Source: Anthoceros angustus (lineage: Eukaryota > Plantae > Anthocerotophyta). From it: a stretch of DNA of 64,000 nt. The notes under the pieces were generated by a model. It was not told the origin of the DNA and made no database searches. It saw nothing but the letters and a program-made list of their open reading frames with translations. The stretch covers positions 2,170,001-2,234,000 of the forward strand of contig MU008155.1 in NCBI GenBank assembly GCA_010909165.1, read 5' to 3'. How positions within the stretch are numbered: the stretch's first letter is position 1; the number at the start of each line of letters is the position of its first letter. Of the stretch, positions 46,960 to 58,389 are shown one piece after another. The translations under genes were made by a program, and so were the position numbers.

Positions 46960-47975
46960 GGATGCTGCCAGGTTCATCCTCGGCCCGTCGTTGTAGAGGC
47001 AATTGTGCTTGAGCATTGATGACCTGACTGTTTGTTGTAGGCTGGGGGGTTTGCACGGGATGTGCGCAAGAAGGAACATGCCGCACATGTGGTGGAGGCC
47101 ACCGTGGCGGAGCTCGGCAGACTGGACATTTTTGTGAATGCAGCTGCGGGGAACTTCTGGAGTCCAGCCGAGGACCTGTCCCCCAACTTACTTAGAATTT
47201 TAGAACAGGCAAAGACTCCAAACTGAGTTTGTGTGATGTCCTGAAGTGGAGGATAGGACTGAGCCGGTGATGTGCTGCCTGCAGTGTTGGATATCGATTC
47301 CGTCGACACTTTCACCATGTGCCATGCAGCTGTGCATTACCTGAAAAAAGGGGGCAAGGGTACCCCTGCATTACACGGCCGAGTAGTACCAAATCCACGT
47401 CCCTGCAGCAAAGGTAGCTGGGTCCCTGCTCTGCACCTTGTTCCTTCCACTCTGCTTCGCCTCGCAAGCTGCCTGTGGTTGTTTGCAGGCTGCAGTGGAC
47501 TCCGTCACCAGAAGAACCCTAGCCCTGGATTTGGGCACAGGCTACGGAATCCAGTGAGCATTGCCCCCGGTCCTGTTTCTGGCACACCAGGCATGGACAA
47601 GCTTGCGCCTCGGAGGCAGGAGATGTAGGGATCGTCCACGTTCCATTGCACAGGATGGGCACGAAATGGGAAATAGCCATGGCTACTGTCTACCTTGTCT
47701 CTCATACAGGTTCGTATTATTCAATGCTTTTCCGTTCAATTGTTTCACCTGTTGCGCGCGACATGTACCTATGTAGTTCTGATCATCATACATGGTAGCA
47801 CGTCTGTTTAGCAAATCTCGTCAACGGTGCTACCCTTCCTGTTGATGGTGGGACTCACCTGTTCCGGCCCCGGCGGATCTCGAAGGAGGCTGTTCACAGC
47901 TTCACTCGTGTTGTGGAGCGGAGATCCAGGGCAGCAGCTGAGCAGACAGGTGGAGCTCCTTCCAGCAAACTATGA
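46960..47975 (+). pseudogene. Peroxisomal 2,4-dienoyl-CoA reductase (SDRb/DECR2-like), 5'-truncated copy
   Basis: DVRKKEHAAHVVEATVAELGRLDIFVNAAAGNFWSPAEDLSPN, VLDIDSVDTFTMCHAAVHYLKKGG, SIAPGPVSGTPGMDKL, KWEIAMATVYL, C-terminal PTS1 SKL*. No N-terminal Rossmann exon seen. Confidence 0.85.
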
Positions 47976-48059
47976 GCACAAGGCGTGCAAGCTGTCCCAT
48001 TCTTCTATGTTGATCACGTAGCCAGAGGTGATGGTGCCCGCCTTTGAATTATTGTACCC

Positions 48060-48650
48060 CTAATAAGTTGCTTGTCGACTTCTGCGTGTTGCAATAGTCG
48101 GCTTAGATGACGAAGCTGTTGCATCTCCTCCCACCTGAACTGTCTGTTCAGCGGAAAAACGGGGCGCCATGACCGCCAGAGCTACCACACAGCCGAAGAA
48201 GCAGCCGCAGAAGCATCCGAAGAAGAAGGTGATGAGCAGATCAAAGAGCGAGGTGAGGGCTAGGGGCCTGACCCCCTGATCCGCGACGGCCCAGACTGCG
48301 GCGCACCCTGCCAAACAGCCGATGAGGAACATGGAGAAATGGTCCAGAGCCTTGACCCATGAGGAGATCTGGCGGGCAACCGGCAGAACAACCGGAGAGG
48401 GGTCTTGAAAATCCACGTCCACCACTTCCCCGACCTTGAACTTGTCCTTGCTAAGCCCCGGCAACTGCTTCTTCCCGCCAGACTCCAGCGGCCGCCACAC
48501 CCCCTTCTTGTCCTTGTACCGCAGCGTCTCCACACCGAACTGCGCCAACACGTCCTTCACGTTCACCCAACCCCTCCCATAGTAACTTTTCAAAACAGCA
48601 GTCGAGGCGCTGGCTCCCCCGGCCTTCCTAAACGTGATCTTGTGCGCCAT
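48060..48650 (-). CDS. Orphan ~196-aa protein: small N-terminal globular domain plus two hydrophobic Cys/Phe/Gly-rich segments
   Basis: Open, GC-rich frame from ATG 48650. A diverged partial paralog at 53365-53645 conserves the coding pattern (DKF[K/R]VG and LALTSLFDLL.TF..GCFCGCFFGCVVALAVMA). Confidence 0.6.
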   Translation of the reverse strand: MAHKITFRKAGGASASTAVLKSYYGRGWVNVKDVLAQFGVETLRYKDKKGVWRPLESGGKKQLPGLSKDKFKVGEVVDVDFQDPSPVVLPVARQISSWVKALDHFSMFLIGCLAGCAAVWAVADQGVRPLALTSLFDLLITFFFGCFCGCFFGCVVALAVMAPRFSAEQTVQVGGDATASSSKPTIATRRSRQATY

Positions 48651-49109
48651 GCGCGCATAAGGAGACACCTGCACCGATCTCCCCGTGCTGCCTGCATCCG
48701 TGGGAAAAGAGAACACGACTCAGCCCTCCTGGCGGAAGCTGGCGGGAGCGGGAGCACGGCATGGCTTGCGCCAGCCACTGCATTGATGGAGGCCCGTGTT
48801 CACTCCATGCCGGTGAGCAGCGACAGAGAGAGCAGCAGCAGAGAAAGGAATCGCCACGGCGCAGCCTTCTCCTTGGATCTTGTCAAGAAGCATTGCGTGT
48901 GAGACCCTAAGCCGTAACCGCTGTCAGGATGCTGGCATTTCTCTGCAGCGTCGCCTCCACCTCTCCCCAAAGAGCTGCCTAAGTTCCTAGCGCATAATCG
49001 CGTGTGATGTCGTGTGACATAAGCCAAATGTAGTTTACTGCACAATGTCGCCAAGCATAATGCACTTAGCATTGTGTGTAGGGTTACTTGAAAGAAAATG
49101 TAGAACTTA

Positions 49110-50290
49110 AAAGAAAATGCGTAGTTCAGGGGTGAAGCCGGATGGTCACTTCTTTGTAGCTGCCCTTCAAGTTTGTGCAATTGCCACTGACTTGGAATCT
49201 GGTAGAAAAGTGCACTTTGATTTCTTGCGCTGTGGCATTCCTCCTAACTTGTTCCTTGGCAGCTGCCTGGTTTACATGCCTGCAAAATGTGGCGAACTGG
49301 AATGTGCACGGCAGGTACTAGACAGCTTGCCCACAAAAAAATGTTGTGACAAGGGATTCCCTCATAGCGGGGTGTGCAAATCATGGGCTCAGTCAAGAGG
49401 CGTTTGTTCTGTTTAGAGATGTGGAGCAAGAGGGCCTGGTTCTGGCTGACCTTGTTACTTTTGCTTGCCTTCTTAAGGCCTGTGCAAGCGGTTGTGCTTT
49501 ACAAGAGGGCAGGCAGCTGCATTCACCGATCTTGGAAAGAGGGCAGCTAGAAAGTGACATATTGGTGGGCAAGTGCCTAGTGGACATATATGCAGAATGT
49601 GGCGAACTGGAACTTGCAGCCATGGTTTTTCGATCCTGGCCTCTAAGGATGTCATCACATGACCTCCCTTATAGCTGGGTATCCGAATCATGGGCTTTGT
49701 CAAGAAGCACTTCTTCAATATGGAGAAATGGAGCAAGAGGGCCTGAGTTTGGGTAATCATATTGCTTTTGCCTGCCTTCTTCAGGCCTGTGCAAGCGATG
49801 GTGCCTTGGAGATGGGCAGGGAGCTGCACTCACAGATTGTGAAAAGAGGACTGCTAGATAACATACTGGTGGGCAACTGCCTGGAATGCAGAATGTGGCA
49901 AACTGGAAGATGCGTGCGGGATTTTTGACAGTTTGCCCAGAAAAGAAAGTCGACATGGACGGTTCTAATAGCTGGGTATGCACAGCAGGGTCTCTCTCAA
50001 GAGGCTCTTGGCCTGTATGGACAAATGGAGCAGGAGGGCCTGATTCCAGCTGACAACGTTACTTTTTCTTGCCTTTCGAGAGCATGTGCAAGTGCCAGTA
50101 CCATACAAGAGGTCAGCCACCTGCACTCTCAGATTCTGGAAAGAGATCAACTGCAAACTCACATGCTGGTGAGGACCTGCTTGGTAGACATGCATGCAAA
50201 ATGTGGCGAACTCAAAGATGCACGCATGTGCAAGTGCTGGTCCCTTACAAGAGGGAAGGGAACTGCACTCCCTATCCATGGAGAGGGCAA
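49110..50290 (+). pseudogene. Degenerate PLS-class PPR gene
   Basis: MRSSGVKPDGHFFVAALQVCA..FLGSCLVYMPAKCGELECARQVLD, then several P-L-S units broken by frameshifts and stops. Confidence 0.9.
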
Positions 50291-51441
50291 CCCCGTGTTT
50301 TGAAAGTCTTGTAAGACTGGACCCTCAGGGTGCATCCGCGTATACGCTCGTGGCCAATTCGAATGCGGATGGTAGTAGGTGGACAGATGTAGGGAGGATT
50401 GAAAGACGGAGAATAGTAGCAGAAGCTAAGAAGAAACCTGCAGTGCAAGGTCAAGGAACAGGTACAGACGTTTGTGGTGGGAGAATACAGAGATGATATC
50501 TCTCTCAAGGGAAAAAGCATGAATGCATGTCTGAAGGGGCGCTTACCGCAGACAAAGTTGGTTTTGAAGCCACTGTCTGAGAAGGCCTCCATTCTCTACA
50601 GTAGGATTTGAAAGTTCCAGGCATTGCTACGCTCAATCCAAATTGTCTGTACAACAGTTTCTGTCAACTGATCTATGTAAGCCCGAGCTGCTGCCATCTT
50701 GAGCTCGGAGTCCGATCCTCTCTGCAGGTTTGTGCAACTCACGAGGGTCTTGTTCTGTGCTCAGCCGAATGCTGTAAATGTTGCTGTCTATTTGGCACCC
50801 CACGGCGACGAAGTGTACAGCCAACGCATAAGCTGCTCAGGGGTGCAGTTCAGCCCAACTGCGGCCGTTCGATTTGCCCCTTCAGTGGGGGCCAAAGCAG
50901 CAGTCCAGTCATGCCCTTATATTAGCATTATTCGCAGGGTTGGATGATGTAAACATCATATTACCTATCTATCTAGTTATCCTAAAAAAATAAGTGGTAC
51001 CTAATATATAAGTACCTAGCTAATAATCAATGGGGTGATATAGAAATCTGTTAAACAGTCCTTCAAAATTACTAAAGCATTGTAAGACTACTTATATACC
51101 TTTTTTCTATTTATTTTATTTTTTATATATATAACTTAATCAAATTTGATATTTTTACCATTTGGATATATTTTTTGTATACTTATTACATTCACTTTTA
51201 ATACTTGCAAATGATTCCATGTGATTACGGTTTGTGCTTTTGCTGTTGTCATCATATATTTTATTTTTTAGTGATTGATTGTTCAACCATTAAATTAAAT
51301 AATTTTCTTTAGAGTGTGCTCAGTTTCTTTTGACTTATACAAGAGCTCATACATCCCATGGTGATATTTTTGTAAGATTAATTTGATATTAGGCTTCAAA
51401 ATGGTAGACTTAAATGAGGAGACATAATTTTTATTCTAAAA

Positions 51442-51948
51442 ATGATCGTAAATAATAAATCTGCCTATTTGTCAATCTTACTAATCCTTTTCCATTCATT
51501 TCACTTGATTCATGGTCTACTTATTATTGAGAGGCATTGTGGAGATGTTGTACTAGATCCAATCAAAAAGGCTTTCATAAAAACGGCATTGCAACGGTTT
51601 CTTAAAGATCTAAATACACTTGGAGATAAAATGTTTATACCTGGGAGGCTTCCTTATTATCAAGCATTTCGCACACCTGCACTACCACTAGGTCCAAGTT
51701 TATGGGCTGTCGCTACATGCTATACAAAGCATTTGCGTATGAACACATGGCAAACTTGTATTAAATGTCTTCAAGAGTTAAGTTGGACATTTTTAGGCCA
51801 ACTTTGTGGAGATATACCCAATGAGGGATCGTTGCTTGTACCTGATTGTTATTTGCGATTTTCAACCCTTGGAATTCTAGACAGTTGCCCAAATATACCG
51901 GAACCTCCAGCTCCATTTGATATAGATTTAGATTATGGGAATAAATAA
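51442..51948 (+). CDS. Secreted single-domain Gnk2/DUF26 (stress-antifungal) protein
   Basis: Hydrophobic signal-like N-terminus (AYLSILLILFHSFHLIHG); WAVATC...TCIKCL...LCG...EGSLLVPDCYLRF resembles the DUF26 Cys pattern, with a longer spacing than the canonical C-X8-C-X2-C. Intact intronless 168-aa ORF in AT-rich DNA. Confidence 0.75.
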   Translation: MIVNNKSAYLSILLILFHSFHLIHGLLIIERHCGDVVLDPIKKAFIKTALQRFLKDLNTLGDKMFIPGRLPYYQAFRTPALPLGPSLWAVATCYTKHLRMNTWQTCIKCLQELSWTFLGQLCGDIPNEGSLLVPDCYLRFSTLGILDSCPNIPEPPAPFDIDLDYGNK

Positions 51949-53364
51949 ATATATCATCTTATATATTTTTAATTATGTTCAATAATATTATTCTATTGTA
52001 TCATTCATAAGAATGAACCATATAACAGTAATATTTTATGGTAAAGATTTTACTTGCATATTACTACATATATGGTTATATACATGAGATTTATTAGGTA
52101 CCTTTATGAATCTCAAGTTTGTTATTTTTACATATTCGAGGTGATATGACATATGGTGGATTCATGATATATCATTCAACACTAACCATATTTTATAACC
52201 ACTTTCAAAAGGGCTGTATATTTTATTCTCATTCATCATTTTGTCATACCTCCCACGTAGTTGGGTAGTAAGGTTTTCGAGTTGTTGTTGTACGTGGAAT
52301 AAGACCTCCATGGCAACGGAGAGACTTTCTAAGGTGGCAACACCTCATACTAATTAGGAGCACCAACCTGCATGCCTCCTCACTACGATGACCGCTGCCA
52401 AGCTCCTCTTTCAGCATATGATGCCCAAGGACGGTGACATAACATATCTGTTTTTGAACTCTTTGCACATGTCATGGATACAACATTTTCCTTCTCATAG
52501 CAGTTTAGTATTTGTCTTTTATAGACTTTATCCAGCACTTATCTAGTTAGAAACATATTCACGGCAAGGAAAGTGAGTTTAATGACATTAGTTGTTGAAT
52601 GGAGCCGTCATCTAGAAACCACTTCATCTTTGTTCAAATAACTCCAAAAAGAAGGATAAAGCATGAAAAACTAGAATGCAAAGTAGAGTACTCACTCTAT
52701 GCGCTCCCGTTGCAAGTGGCAACATGGCCAAAAGGTACCACAATCAGGAGGTTAGATGGCTTCCATCACAACCACGAACCCCGAAATGCCATGGATAATC
52801 CACAATATCTTTTGTATAGATGACTTCATATTATATGCTACTCATTTGTACTTCTTGTCCTTACAAAATTCTAGCAACGCTCTATAAAGCAAGCAGTTTG
52901 TTGGCTTATAACTCCCATAACAAATAAGAGCAAACTGATTACCTATCCAACAAAAGCATGTTCATCAAACATGAAGCGCAATAAAGCATTGAGATCAAAG
53001 AATTCGCTTGTCAAGCGAGGAATGCTCTATTTGAGTCCTCCTCAAGAAAAAAATTGGTTGCGACGTCAGAAAATGTCCGAAGTATATAGATGAGTGGGAG
53101 ACTCATAGTGGTATGAGGCTTGAGCCGTGTGTCCTCCTCTTGTTGTGCTGGTAGTTTTTTCCGGCTTGGCCACACAAACCAAGGGCCGTTTCCCATGTCA
53201 CCCGGCCCGGCCCGCAGAAAGCGCATCGGGCCGGGTGATCAGTTTTCCGTGCACAGCCCTTCGTTGAAAATGGAAGGGCATGTGCCGGTATACCGTACCG
53301 GCACAGGCCCTTCATTATAGTATATTTTACAATTTTATGTTTTTGATTTCATCTACATCACCGG

Positions 53365-53645
53365 CGCACGCCCGTTGGAGGCCGGCCCCCCTGGCGTTGA
53401 GCTCACGGATGAGCCGGGCCCATGCGAAACGGCTCTTAAGCAGGGACAAGTTCAGGGTTGGGGATATGGTGGAGGTTAAGTTTCGAAGACCCTCTGCCTG
53501 CTGTCCGCACATGGGGTGAGACCTTAGCCTTAGCCCTCACCTCGCTCTTCGATCTGCTCATGACGTTCTGCTACGGATGCTTCTGTGGCTGCTTCTTCGG
53601 CTGTGTGGTGGCTCTGGCGGTCATGGCGTCCCGTTCCAGATGGGA
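53365..53645 (+). pseudogene. Partial inverted copy of the orphan ORF at 48060-48650
   Basis: agggacaagttcagggttgggga and ttagccctcacctcgctcttcgatctgctcatgacgttc..tgcttctgtggctgcttcttcggctgtgtggtggctctggcggtcatggcg match the reverse complement of 48170-48460; frameshifted. Confidence 0.8.
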
Positions 53646-53790
53646 GGAGATGAAACAGCTTTGTCATCCAAGTCAACTTCTGCAACACACAGAAAGTCGA
53701 AAGAGTTAGGCGTATGTACAATATACGCGGCACCATTACCTCTGCTACGTGACCAACTCAGAAGAATGGGTCAGCTTGCACCCGTTGTGC

Positions 53791-55222
53791 TCACAGGTTG
53801 CTGGAAGGAGCTCCATCTGGCTGCTCAGCTGCTGCCCTGGATCTCCGCTCCGCAACACGAGTGAAGGTGCGAACTGCCTCCTTCGACATCCGCCGGGGAT
53901 GGAACAGGTGAGTTCCACCACCAGCAGCAAGGGTAGAACCCTTCACGTAATTTGCTAGCAAACGTGCCACCAAGTATGATGATCAGAACTACATGGGTAC
54001 ATGTTGCGCGCAACATGTGAAACAATTGAACGGAGAAGCACATGAATAACACGAACCTGCATCGGAGAAGAGGTAGGCAGCAGCTATAGCTATTTCCCAT
54101 TTTGACCCAAGATGTGCAAGGGAAAATGGACGATCCCAACATCTCCCGCCTCCGAGGGTGCAAGCTTGTCCATGCCTGGTGTGCCAGAAACAGGGCCGGG
54201 GGCGATGCCCATGCGCGGATGCCGCAATCTGTCCCCCATTCCAGGGCTAGCTAGGGTTCTGGTGATGGACTCCACAGCGGACTGCAAACAGCCACGGGCA
54301 GCAGCTTCATCTTGCACGGCAAAGCAGAGTGGAAGGGACAAGGTGCAGAGCAGGGACCCTAGGGACCTTTGTTGCAGAGACATGCATTAGGTACCACTCA
54401 AGCCGTGCAGTGCAGGGGTGCTGAAATGTTGAGAATCACACCTCCTTGCCTTTGCCCCCTTTTTTCAGGTACTGCACAGCTGCATGGCACATGATGAAAG
54501 TGCCGACGGAATCGATATCGAACACTGCAGGCAGCACATCACCGGCTCAGTCCTACCCTCCACTTCAGGACATCACACCAACTCATTCGGAGTCTTTGCC
54601 TGTTCTAAACCCGTTGGGGGACAGGTCCTCGGCTGGACTCAAGAAGTTCCCCGCAGGGAAAGTCACAAGAATGTCCAATCTGCGGAGCTCCTCCACGGTG
54701 GACTCCACCATATGTGCCGCATCTTCCTTCTTGCGCACATCCCCTGCAAATCCCACAGCCCACAACACATAGTCAGGAATTCAAGGCTCACGCACAACTG
54801 CCTCTACCCGCACGGGCCGAGGATGAATCTGGCAGCATCCAACCCAATTAGTAGCTCAAGCACAGTTCCCCGATCGTACAATGTGTCCAGGCGGACAAAA
54901 CGAAGATCTCTTCACAGAACTGCACTACCCACGAAGGAAGAAATTCTGGACTTCTACCGGGCAGGAATTGCGAATGAGCTGGGTGCACCTGTAAGCCCTG
55001 AGTTCGCAAAGACGCCACGGACTCGTCCACAAGCTGCTTCCGGCGTCCCATGATGGTCACTTGGGCCCCATGCTTCCAGACTTGAGTGGCAATCTGATAC
55101 CCTATGCCTCATCGTCCTCCGGTGATGGGCGCCACGCGCCCCTGTAGAATACCGGACTTGAAAACGGAGTGCCCCAAGGGTCCGGACGAGGACGCACCGA
55201 AGCCAAGGAGATTCAGCTACAT
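53791..55222 (-). pseudogene. Peroxisomal 2,4-dienoyl-CoA reductase (SDRb/DECR2-like), full-length but disabled
   Basis: SVFKSGILQGRVAPITGGR*GIGYQIA..HGAQVTIMGRRK (TGA at 55109-55111 in the NAD(P)-binding TGGxxGIG motif), ATG-TAG at 55222-55217, DVRKKEDAA..GNFLSPAEDLSPNGFRT, GIAPGPVSGTPGMDKL, a frameshift near 54100, and ending PSSNL*. Confidence 0.88.
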
Positions 55223-55672
55223 ACGCTGCACAGGCAGGAGAAGTACTTACACCAGGCGTGGCTAACCAGTGACTAACCTGGCGTTGGTTAACATAAGAAG
55301 AACGCATGTACGTATGTCTCCCTCCCAGAAAGAGAAGGGCACAAGGTTCTCTTCTTCTCACGCAAATCCACGTTTGGGGAATGCGGGGATTTGCAACAGC
55401 GTTTGCGGAGGGTGCGGGTAGCTTGCCTTTTGTCCGTGCTTATAACTGGGATCCTTTTTCGTGCGTGGACGAGCGTGAGATACGTTGCCCAGAGGCGCCT
55501 CCTCTAAATAGTAAACAGGCACAGGCACAGGTACAGGTACAGGTACAGGGACAGGCACAGGCACTTCCTGCTCCGGGCTGGATGCCCTCAACCGGGCACA
55601 TATATCTACGCAGGATTGCTGGCTAGGGTAATTCGGACATGGAGTGAGTGTGGTGGATGACGCTTTTGCGGG

Positions 55673-56996
55673 ATGGTCTTGGTCCGCCGCCTCCTTTGTG
55701 CTGCGAGCAGCAGGCTGGGTCAGGGAATGGCGAAGCGGATGAAGCACACCACGGATTTCTTGTCATCCCCTGCTGACAGCGCAAATGTGTTGGTTGTTTT
55801 GAATTTTGAGCTCCCGCGCTTCACGCCCTCCGTCTGGGATCAAGGTGTGTACGCTAGGGAGTTCCAGTTTCATCACAGCAACAGCAAGGCTCATTGCTTG
55901 TGACATTCAGTCAATGTTTTGCAGGCGCTTGACTGTGGTACTCATTCCAAGTTGTGCGCCAGCTCGACTGCGTTTGTGCGCAGATGGTGGTGCCAACAGG
56001 CTGTACTATGATCTGCCTCGCTTGCTGCCCGGCGAGGACCCCGTGAGCATCCGGAAGAAGTACGCAATGAGTGTCTACAAGTCTTTCGTGCCTGTGTTTT
56101 GTCTCGGGTTTGGACAGGATTCGGATCTAATTCTGCGGAATCTGTTCAGATACAAACCTGATGTGATCGTTGGTGATTTGGACTCCATTCGACCGGAAGT
56201 GAGGGCCTTTTACGAGAACCTGGTAAGGCTGATCAAATCTGCGGTGGAGGTAGGTTAGGTCATAGCAGTTGCGAGCCGTGACTGATTTCCAGCTTCACCT
56301 TGCAGGAAACAACAATCGTTGATCGGGCGGAAGATCAGGACACTACGGATCTTCACAAATGTGTCACTTTCATCAGAGATAGGACACCGTTGTCTGGAGA
56401 CGAATCTGTAAGTGTGAGTGTTTAGCACCAAGGATTTCGTCATCTTGTGCTTGTCAAGCAGTTTAGGATCGCTACCAACTCATCGCTGCCTCAATTCGCA
56501 GCTCCGGCTTCTGGTGGTGGGAGCTCTCGGAGGCAGATTCGACCATGAACAAAGCAACATAAATGTGCTCTTCACCTTCTGTGATATGCGAATTCTTCTT
56601 CTCGGCCATGAGAGCCTCCTCTTTCTTCTTCCCAGGGGCTACCATCACGATATCCATCTCAAGCCCCCGAGTGAGCACCTGCATTGTGGTCTCATCCCCA
56701 TTGGCGGTCCGTCTGCAAGCACCAGCACTACCGGGTTGAAGTGGAATCTAGGTGAGAGCTGTTGGATCCTTGCTGCACACGTACGCCATGGTGCATACAG
56801 GGCTGGATGGTCCGTACTTACAGCTGTATGTAACTTCTCCGCAGATGGAACACCCATGGCGTTTGGATCTCTGATCAGCACATCGAACCGCCCCGTTAGC
56901 AACAAAGTCACGGTACACTCTGATGCCGACCTGGTTTGGACAATTGAGATTCCTCGGGCGGAAACTGAAAACCCTAATCAAAACCATCTTGAGTAG
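55673..56996 (+). CDS. TPK: Thiamine pyrophosphokinase, multi-exon
   Basis: LVVLNFELP, LCADGGANRLY, PDVIVGDLDSIRPEV, DQDTTDLHKC, GALGGRFDH, HCGLIPIG..TTGLKWNL, FGSLISTSN. Start is ATG 55673 or 55727. Confidence 0.93.
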
Positions 56997-57213
56997 TCAT
57001 TAGCCTACAACAATTCTTTGCGAGTCCGGAAGAACTGGGTATCCATTCTTTCTTCCTTCCAGGCACGATGAGAGCTGTATCCTTAACCTGAATACCACCA
57101 TGACACAGGAAAGAGAGTTTGTTCCGCACAGAGCAGCCATAGGAACAGAAGCTGTGGAGGCGGAACGTCCTGAGCGGCTCCCCTCTTCGTCTGTCCTGCT
57201 TCCTTCACTGCTC

Positions 57214-57624
57214 CTAGACAAATATCCCCGGGTGCTCATGGGCCAGCCGGCATAGCTGGTTATGGCTGGCCATGTCTGCGCCAGGACCGTTCCCACAATT
57301 AAAACAGCAGGCAAGAAGCGAACCTGGTACAACGGATCAGGGAAACGCAGGCAGACACTGACTGAAGTTGTCGCCGAAGTTGGTGCATATCTCAGCGCGG
57401 AGGGAAGAGTCGGACTCCACAATGCCAATGACCTCGACGTAGGTTTGAAATCCCTGCGGCGTAGCGGGTACCTGCCGCGCAGTCACCTGCTGCCCGTCGG
57501 CAGCTTCGCCGGTGATGGTGCCCGCCTCCGCGCGCACCACCTTGAGCACGCAGCGGACCTTGCGTCCCCTGTGCTGCTGCAGGAGCTCCGCATTCACCAT
57601 CGGCGCGGGCTGCGTTGTGTCCAT
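57214..57624 (-). CDS. RPA3: Replication protein A 14-kDa subunit, 2 exons
   Basis: MDTTQPAPMVNAELLQQHRGRKVR..YVEVIGIVESDSSLRAEICTNFGDNF, an intron, then MASHNQLCRLAHEHPGIFV*; matches the plant RPA3 OB-fold pattern. Confidence 0.9.
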
Positions 57625-58389
57625 CGTCCCCCCCTCAGCCTCTTGCCGCCCGCCTGCTACCCGGCCAGCCACCGACTGAAGTTTCAAAGGCGCCAAAACA
57701 AGGAAACTACAATTGTCCCTGTGGGACCTAGCGCTGAGACGTGTACCCAAAATGAGGGCACAAGTGGCATCAACAGGCAAGCCATCCCGGGCCAATGGGA
57801 ACACATCACCGGCGATGCGCGGCACCTCGTGGTTCGCCATTACACCATAATAATAATGCAGAGACCTAGGTTACATGTTTGGACGCGAGTTGTCAAACGT
57901 TACCCGTTCCGGAAAAGCAGGAGTTGGTAACTCTATTGAGGCTTGCGTGGGACGCGCGTGCCTTCCGGGCACGATGAAAACCTGACCGATCTGCCGTGGC
58001 AGACAGGGGTGGATCTTGCCTGTTTGTGCTGATCAGCCTTTCAGACTCGCGGCGGTCGACCACCCGAAGAGCCAGCGGACTACGGGTTGTGGAAAAAACC
58101 GACAAAAAGTGATGCTGTTTGTGTGTGGAGAGGTTCTCTCAGGATTGGAGTGACGGATGCGGTTGTTTGGTGAGCTGGGTTGTGTAGAAAGATTTGCATT
58201 TTTATTGAATCGCGTGCTGGCTGTGTGGACGAGGGTCTGTTGAAATCGACCACGGAGCTGGGAGTTGCACGCGGTTGATTTTGATAAGTACAAAAACGGG
58301 GAATTTGACAATATTTGGGTAGAGCATGGGGTGGGCAGAGGCTGCTACAAAGCCGGCCGCAAGGCTTGATGACCAGTGACGGTGAATGA

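Noticed and set aside
50300-50950. Possible LINE C-terminal remnant (QTIWIERSNAWNF)
   Set aside because: A single weak motif with no RT or endonuclease signature nearby.
52500-53000. Possible inverted relic of the Gnk2 gene (GHVATCNG)
   Set aside because: Similarity too short to support by eye.
20569-55222. Possible biosynthetic gene cluster (LCYE + CYP704 + SDR)
   Set aside because: The CYP704 sequences are short duplicated fragments, both SDRs are damaged fatty-acid beta-oxidation auxiliaries, and LCYE is primary metabolism; no coherent pathway.
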